A stretch of 32,000 nt of DNA from Zygophlyctis sp. KS116 (Eukaryota; Fungi; Chytridiomycota). Positions 24,601-32,000 of this stretch are shown in pieces. Below the pieces are notes generated by a model. It ran no database searches. It saw only the letters and a list, made by a program, of their open reading frames with translations, and had not been told where the DNA came from. The position numbers were made by a program, and so were the translations under genes. Where the stretch lies: the NCBI GenBank assembly GCA_054661495.1, contig BAAFSQ010000004.1, positions 1 through 32,000 of the forward strand, written 5' to 3'. The stretch's first letter is position 1; the number at the start of each line of letters is the position of its first letter.

Positions 24601-25135
24601 AGAACTTGGAATGTTGATAAATTTGGATATTCTGTGGCTTGAGAAAAATCAACTTTCAGGGAAAATTCCTAAAGAGATTGGAGAGCTTCCAAATTTGGAT
24701 AATCTGTAATTATTTTATTTAATTTAATTTTCAGCTATCTTTCTAAAAATCCTGGCCTGAATGGTCCTTTGGTGGCGAATTGCGGGGTTAAAGTGTAAAG
24801 CTCTTGCATTTCTGATAAATAGTTTTATCAAGGAAACTAAAATTCAATTGTGTGGTTGTGCGGCTGCTTCTAGTCCTGCAGACCTTTTCCCACCACTAGG
24901 GACGCCTCTTGCCTGTCTTTCTACTGGCCCCGCTACAACTATGACAAAGAGAGTTCAGGTATATTCTCAAAACATTGGAGATTCAAAGGTCACTTGCAAC
25001 ACTGATAATCTTGGAAATCCCTTCCAGGATTGTTTAAACGCTATGGTTGCAGTATGCGATCCGTCATATATCAATAAAAATGGTAAAAACAACTGCAGAT
25101 ACATTATTGATAACTTAGCTTGGAAAGTGTTCTAA
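21617..25135 (+). CDS. Secreted modular protein: signal peptide, Cys-rich cap + capping exon, 13 Cys-rich repeats, second cap, 18 plant-type LRRs, capping exon, Cys-rich C-terminal domain
   Basis: 21 inferred GT-AG introns of 24-29 nt, all phase 2, give one open frame from 21617 to TAA 25133-25135. LRR consensus is xLxxNxLSGxIPxEIGNLxxLxxL. Confidence 0.88.
22062..22706 (+). repeat. 13 Cys-rich CPAGQYS-type coding repeats (ephrin-receptor-like/GCC2-GCC3-like)
   Basis: 16-18-aa units CxxGxY/FS....GSSSCxx within one intronless exon that is higher in GC than its surroundings. Confidence 0.85.
22977..24705 (+). repeat. Array of LRR exons with ~99-nt periodicity
   Basis: Fifteen 72-nt exons, one 69-nt exon (23273-23341) and one 144-nt double exon (24562-24705). 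Confidence 0.92.
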
Positions 25136-25289
25136 CGCAGAGTTACTTTTAGTGCAAAACGCATATTACAATAGTAGAACTGGCCCTATCTATGTAACAA
25201 CAGATCAAACTGCATCCTGGAAAGAATTCCTATGGAATAATCAAGCCCTTAAATGACCACAGTGATTATATATTTCATAAACCGAAAGT

Positions 25290-25382
25290 CTTAAAAAATC
25301 TACAAAACAACAAAAAAATCTACAAAATCTACAAAAAAACAAAAAAACTTAAAAAATCTACAAAACAACAAAAAAATCTAAA
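25290..25382 (+). repeat. A-rich low-complexity tandem repeat
   Basis: cttaaaaaatctacaaaacaacaaaaaaatcta occurs at 25290-25322 and 25348-25380, with AAAATCTAC subunits between. Confidence 0.85.
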
Positions 25383-25430
25383 GAGGTTCTTCTGAATTAA
25401 AATAAAATGGTTTATGAAATAACCAACCCA

Positions 25431-25538
25431 TGAAGCGCGTAAATTCTCCGATCCGATCGAAGGACGGTCGATTCAAAGCCACGTTGTAAGACACGGGAGC
25501 CCAGCCAGCCCGTCGGAAGTTTCCTTGGTGGATGCGAA
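25431..25538 (+). repeat. 108-bp GC-rich direct repeat, copy 2
   Basis: Near-identical to 21213-21321 and in the same orientation; overlaps the ATG at 25532 of the plus-strand ABCA. Confidence 0.95.
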
Positions 25539-28500
25539 ATTCTAAAACGACCTACCCTCAAGACTTTATGGACAATCAGGCGACTACAAATGAGGTCCCC
25601 GAGCCTTGTGACAATGCTCCAATTATCCCAGGAAAACCAAGGCAAGTCAAGGCATTGGCAATGAAGGCGATCTCTGCTCAAAAGAGGGCCGTATTCACAA
25701 ATGTTTGCTGTATTCTGTTGTGTCCTTTGCTGATGGTGGCATTTTCGTCTATTTTAGGAAAGGTTATTTTGTCTCTTATTCAGCGATCCAGTGTCATTGA
25801 AGGTATTTTTCCATTTTTTACGACTTTAGAGATCCTCTATTGCTCCAATGTAAATGCTATGGATAAAGCATTAAATATACCAATCTTAAACAGATCACTT
25901 TCCACTATACCTGTGACTGATGCGAGTGGGATTACTGGTGCTACAGCGGAGACTATTAAGCATGTTAATTATAATTTATTACGTGTGTTATCTACCAGAG
26001 GGCCTCCTGGTGCTGCTGCTTTAGGTTTTCAACAGCCATGTGTTCATTGGTTCGGGGAGAATTATCCTAAATCAGCGTTATATGAGCAGCCAGTGGACAA
26101 TACGAGCTCTCCTTTGCTGTTAAGAGATAGGTACTATTAGATTTGTTAATTTTAGTACTTTCACTGCAGAACCCCTAAAAGGATGGTTTTTATCTCTCAA
26201 TGCAGTAGGTGCAGATCCGATAAATAATGTTTTCTTTTCTTCTAAACAATTAAGATCAAATTATTTGTTTGGAAACGATCCTAACGTTGTTAATGATGCA
26301 CTATTAGGTAGCAGGCAAATTACAGAACAACTCTCATCTAATCAATTTACTTTATTAGCGAGTACAAGCGCTAATAGCTCAGCCTTTGTCTCTCCAATTT
26401 CAAATTCTGCAATTGGTATCCTGGGAACAATTCCAACAAGATATTGGTTGAATTATTCACTAGCTGGTGGATTTAGTCTGAATGGATTTCAACAAGTTCC
26501 CATATTTTCAAAAATTAGCGCAAATCCGGATGATTTAGATACTCAAATCACTGATAGTATAACTGTAGCATTACAAAAAATTGCTTCAGTTGATAAATCA
26601 ATCCTTACTACACCTAATAGGCCTTCAGGGGAAACTGCTGCTTTTCTTCTAAGTTTGGAAAAGTATCTCGCACCATTACCTTATGGGGGTGTATTTTTTT
26701 CAAATATTAAACATGCTGAAAAAATTTATGAATGGATTGTCAATATTGGATCTGACAAGAGACTTGTGTCTTCGACAAATTTTCCGCCACCTGGAATCAG
26801 ACAGCTGTACCTACAGACAGCTTTGGATAATGGTATTTTTAGAAATGGAAATGTTTCGAGTTTTGGAGATGCTACTATAACTCAGGGGTTCAGATCTATG
26901 CCTCAACTAAGAAGTACCAAAATTGAAATTGCTTTTGATGGACTTATCGGTGGTATTTTGTACCCGTTAGGGATTTCTTTTCTGTTGCCTATCTTTGTGG
27001 TGACTCTAGTAAAAGAGAAAGAAGATAGGATAGCTGTCATGATGAAGATGAATGGGTTGAAAACTGCAGTTTATTACTTAAGTCATTTTGGTACGGTTTT
27101 TAATTACTTATGAATAGTTACGTTTTTCATCTTGTCTTTTATTTCTTTCGCAGTTTTTATTATTTCAGGCTCTCGTTTGGGGCTGTCTATGTTCACTGCT
27201 ACTCAGTCATCAGTCATAATTGCTCTATTTTTTCTATGGGCAATAGCTCAAATCTCATTAGCATTCTTCTTCGGATCATTGTTCAACAGATCAAGATTTG
27301 CCAATATTGCTGTGATTTTATTGGTATTGTGCTCTGTCATTATATCATTGGGAATTGACAATCTATATCCTGATGATCCACTGTCTAATGCTTATTTTTT
27401 GTGGCCACCATTTGCGTTTTATCGTGCTCTGGGCATCATAAATCGGGCATCATTTACTGCAACCCAGATTGTATTTAACTTTCTATTGACATTTTAGCCA
27501 TATAAAGGGTCAGACCTGATTCCTGGTAGAGAAGTCTCAAATGCTATGTTATTTCTATTGTTTGATTCAATCATATATTCAGGGCTGGCTATATATTTCA
27601 GTATTGTGCTCCCCAAAGAATTTGGAATACAAAAGCCTTGGCATTTCCCCGTGACTGGCATCATCAATAGGTACAAATCTGACAAAAGAATAAAAAAGGA
27701 CGGTGTTGTAAATTGTAACTTTATAACTTACTATTAGGATAAAGATTCCGAAAACTATCAGGCAGTGAATATAAATATGGATGAATCTGAACTTAAGTTG
27801 GAAGATCAAGATGTTAAGGATGAACGTTCGAGCGTAATGAAGAATGAATATAATCCTAACTGTCCGCTGATAATGAAGAGTATGCGCAAAATATATCCTG
27901 GCAGAGGTGGTCTTGGACCAAAATTGGCCGTAAAAGATGTCACATTAGCTGTAGAAAGTGATTTAATTTTTGGGCTCTTAGGACCTAATGGTGCTGGTAA
28001 GATTTGAAGAAAAGGTTCTAATTATTAAGGCAAAACGACACTGATAAGCATTTTGGTTGGCCTTTATGAAAAATCATCAGGTGAGGCAAAGCTTGCCGGA
28101 TATGATTTGGAGACACAGTCTGAATATGTGTACCGTAAAATTGGAGTATGTCCACAGTTTGACATTCTATGGGAGGATCTGACTGTTGAAGAGCATTTAT
28201 ATTTTTACGCAAGATTAAAAGGAATATCCGCAGCTGACGAAGCCAGTGCCGTCAATGAGTCTCTTAAAAGGGTATCATTGGTTGATTTGCGCAGAAACCT
28301 CTCAAAGGCACTTTCAGGTGGAGAGAAAAGAAGACTTAGTATTGCAATCGCTTTGGTTGGTAATCCCTCTGTCGTATTTCTTGATGAACCCACTACTGGG
28401 CTTGATCCTGAAGTCCGACGACTTATTTGGAACATTATTAGTGAGGCTAAAAGTGGAAAGAGTATTGTTCTTACCACTCATTCAATGGAAGAAGCAGAGG

Positions 28501-28865
28501 CTTTGTGCGGTAGGATAGGTATTATGGCCAAGGGAACTTTACGATGCCTTGCTAATCCAACCCGCTTGAAGCAGCTGTACGGATCTGGATTCAAACTATT
28601 TTTCAATTCTTTGGAAAGTTCGACTGAAGAAGCATCAAAGTTTATTGAATCTTTACTCCCAGAAGGTTGGACGAAAATAGATGCATTTGCAACCAATGTA
28701 TCCTATGAATTCCCTGCTGTAGATGGAACTATAGGATCTCTCTTTGAACAGATTGAACAAGAAAAATCAAAGCATGGGATATTAGATTGGGGGCTTGGAC
28801 AAACCACGTTAGAGGAAGTCTTTATTCGTCTTATCGGCGATGAAGATGCGCAAGCAGCATACTAA
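25532..28865 (+). CDS. ABCA-subfamily half transporter (start 25532 or 25568)
   Basis: [78 protein letters not shown]; introns 25803-25829, 26131-26155, 27091-27117, 27471-27497, 27708-27737, 27997-28029. Confidence 0.93.
27736..28520 (+). repeat. Segment apparently identical to 31216-32000 (NBD-coding region, including an intron)
   Basis: Line-by-line match at offset 3480; the ORF track gives identical translations in both copies. Confidence 0.93.
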
Positions 28866-29022
28866 ATTGAAATATTTTATAGTTTCTATGGAATCGTTAA
28901 AAATCATGATATATTGACATTTAAAATGTTTGGGTTTGAGTTCATTTCAGGCGCTTTTAGCCTTCAAAAGCCTCAGTGCAGACTCATCGAGACTGAGATT
29001 TAGGATATTAGATCGAAAATAA

Positions 29023-32000
29023 ATGAATATGAAAGATTCAAAGTCTCCTATTCTCAGTAAACATACATACCAGCCGATCGCCCCAGGAAAACCAAGGCAA
29101 GTCAAGGCATTGGCAATGAAGGCGATCTCTGCCCAAAAGAGGGCTGTATTCACAAATGTTTGCTGCATTATCTTGTGTCCTTTGCTGATGGTTGGATTTG
29201 CTGCAGCATTCGGAAAAGTGATCTTGGGACTTATTCAAAAATCAACCCCTATTAGTGGTAATGCCGTCATTCTCTAAATTTAGAAATTGTTTATTGTTCT
29301 AATGTAAATGCAATGAATAATGATTTAAATATCCCAATCTTCTCTCCTCTAGGAGCGGCTAATGCATCCACTAATGTGATAAATCATGTCAATTTTAACT
29401 TGCTGCCTGTTTTTTCTCGTAAAGGACCGCCTGGTGCATCAATATTTTCGTTTCAACAGCCATGCGTTCATTGGTTTGGGGAAGATTATCCTAATTCGGA
29501 TTTATACGAGCGTCCTGTTGATATGGATCTCTTGGCAAAGGTTCATGCAGCTCAGTTTCCAAATTTAACTCAAGCCTCTATAAAGTCGTCTAGGATCGAA
29601 TTTAGAGACAGGTAATCTAATGTTAATAATTTAAGTGTTTTCTCTGGCGAACCTAAGATTGGGTGGTTTGCTTCGTTGACGGTTCAAATGGATCCTTTAG
29701 TCAATCTTTTCTTTTCTGGGAAACAACAGAGATCTTATTATGTATTTGGAAATGATCCCAGTGTTGTAAACGATTCGCTTTTAGGCAGTAGGAATAATAC
29801 AGAGCAAATAAGTAGCAGAAAGTTTTTGGAGATGGCTATATCTGGAATGGATATACCTGATTTTGTTAGTCCAAAAGATAACAAATTTGCTGGTATTTTG
29901 GGTACAATTCCAACACGATATTGGCTGAATTATTCACTTAAGAATGAAGGTTATCCTATTGTTAACGGCTTCCAACCTGTTCCTCTATTCAGACGAAAAA
30001 GTGATGTGGCGACCGATTTGGATGATTATATATCGGAGGAAATTGAAAAAGCATTGTCTAAAATTTCAAGTGTGGATAAGAGTATTGTGATGAACAATAA
30101 TGCAGATAAACTCGCTATCAATTCTTTTTTTCTAGATCTTGAGCAATATCTGGCTAATTTGCCGTATGGAGGCGTTTTCTTCTCTAAAATATCTCATGAA
30201 GAGAAGAATTATGAATGGATATATAACATTGGAATGGATATGAGACTAGTATCGTCTAGTAACTTCCCTGCACAAGGTATTCGCCAGCTTTATTTACAAA
30301 CCGCTCTTGACAATGGCATACTTCGAAATGGGAACATGTCGAGTTTGGGTGCCGCACAGATTACCCAGGGTTATCGCTCAATGCCAGAAGTAAGAAGCAC
30401 TAAAATAGATTTCCCCTTTGATGGACTAATTGGTGGAATTTTATATCCATTGGGTATATCCTTCTTACTTCCTATTTTTGTTGTAACTTTGGTAAGAGAG
30501 AAAGAGAGTAGGATTGCAGTCATGATGAAGATGAACGGTTTAAAAACTTCTGTATATTATTTAAGTCACCTATGTATATATTTATCAATCTTCACAAGTT
30601 AGTTACCTTTTTGGTCCTATCAGCATTTTCGATGAGTGTTTTCATTATAGCTGGTATCAAATTCAATTTGTCAATGTTTACTCAGACGGATGTATCTGTA
30701 ATTATTATAACCATGTTTCTATGGAGTATTGTACAAATATCAATGGCATTTTTCTTTGCTTCACTTTTTAATGGATCCAGAATTGCAAATATCTCTGTTA
30801 TACTTACAGTATTATGTTCTGTTATAATATCTTTGGGAATAGATAATCTTTATCCCGATGATCCATTGTCTTATGCTTACTTTTTGTGGCCGCCATTTGC
30901 ATTTTATCGTGTTTTGGGTATCATTAATCGTGCATCTTTTAGTATCTCCAAAAGGGTAAATGTTACTTATAACATAAAAGGGGTATACATTTTCCAATAT
31001 TATTTCTGAAAATGAAGCAGCTGTGGCCTTGCAGTTTTTGCTTTTGGATTCCATTATTTATTTGTTGATTGCAGTGTATTTGAATTTAATTCTTCCAAAG
31101 GAGTTTGGAACCAGAAAGCCATGGCATTTCCCAATAACTGATCTCATCAAACGCTATAATAGTAGCAAAATTATCAAAAGTGAAAGATTTGTAAATAATA
31201 TGACTAAACATTAGGAGGATAAAGATTCCGAAAACTATCAGGCAGTGAATATAAATATGGATGAATCTGAACTTAAGTTGGAAGATCAAGATGTTAAGGA
31301 TGAACGTTCGAGCGTAATGAAGAATGAATATAATCCTAACTGTCCGCTGATAATGAAGAGTATGCGCAAAATATATCCTGGCAGAGGTGGTCTTGGACCA
31401 AAATTGGCCGTAAAAGATGTCACATTAGCTGTAGAAAGTGATTTAATTTTTGGGCTCTTAGGACCTAATGGTGCTGGTAAGATTTGAAGAAAAGGTTCTA
31501 ATTATTAAGGCAAAACGACACTGATAAGCATTTTGGTTGGCCTTTATGAAAAATCATCAGGTGAGGCAAAGCTTGCCGGATATGATTTGGAGACACAGTC
31601 TGAATATGTGTACCGTAAAATTGGAGTATGTCCACAGTTTGACATTCTATGGGAGGATCTGACTGTTGAAGAGCATTTATATTTTTACGCAAGATTAAAA
31701 GGAATATCCGCAGCTGACGAAGCCAGTGCCGTCAATGAGTCTCTTAAAAGGGTATCATTGGTTGATTTGCGCAGAAACCTCTCAAAGGCACTTTCAGGTG
31801 GAGAGAAAAGAAGACTTAGTATTGCAATCGCTTTGGTTGGTAATCCCTCTGTCGTATTTCTTGATGAACCCACTACTGGGCTTGATCCTGAAGTCCGACG
31901 ACTTATTTGGAACATTATTAGTGAGGCTAAAAGTGGAAAGAGTATTGTTCTTACCACTCATTCAATGGAAGAAGCAGAGGCTTTGTGCGGTAGGATAGGT
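29023..32000 (+). CDS. ABCA-subfamily half transporter, tandem paralogue of 25532-28865 (3'-truncated by the window)
   Basis: Same exon-intron layout (29258-29283, 29612-29635, 30574-30602, 30956-30980, 31191-31214, 31477-31509) and the same motifs. Confidence 0.93.

Noticed and set aside
22977-24705. ~99-nt periodic array resembling a CRISPR array or satellite
   Set aside because: The units are divergent coding exons plus GT-AG introns; there is no invariant repeat and no cas gene.
25412-25681. Minus-strand 89-aa ORF through repeat copy 2, and the other short antisense ORFs
   Set aside because: These are shadows of real genes; the indel in copy 1 breaks the equivalent frame.
1272-32000. 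Many broken ORFs read as pseudogenes, frameshifting or an alternative genetic code
   Set aside because: Nearly all breaks resolve with 24-33-nt GT-AG introns under the standard code.

Overview
AT-rich, extremely compact eukaryotic DNA. It is most likely from a zoosporic (chytrid-type) fungus; this is inferred from CFAP300 and XRRA1-like cilia-associated genes, a Ral GTPase, an HDAC8/Hos1-like gene and fungal-type housekeeping genes. About 70 hand-inferred GT-AG introns are almost all 24-33 nt, which is why the ORF track is fragmented. Positions 1.3-18.3 kb hold a dense housekeeping block (UBR7, COG4, HDAC8-like, GT49 glycosyltransferase, NMD3, Ral, NAT10/KRE33, ING, a hypothetical gene, CFAP300, XRRA1-like), with several genes abutting or overlapping at start/stop codons. 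The accessory part has three ABCA half-transporters and two members of a secreted LRR family with one 24-aa LRR per 72-nt exon. The complete LRR gene (21617-25135) lies in a ~4.1-kb segment bounded by 108/109-bp direct repeats that look like a duplicated bidirectional promoter of a formerly head-to-head ABCA pair. All gene models were read by eye; no database searches were run.
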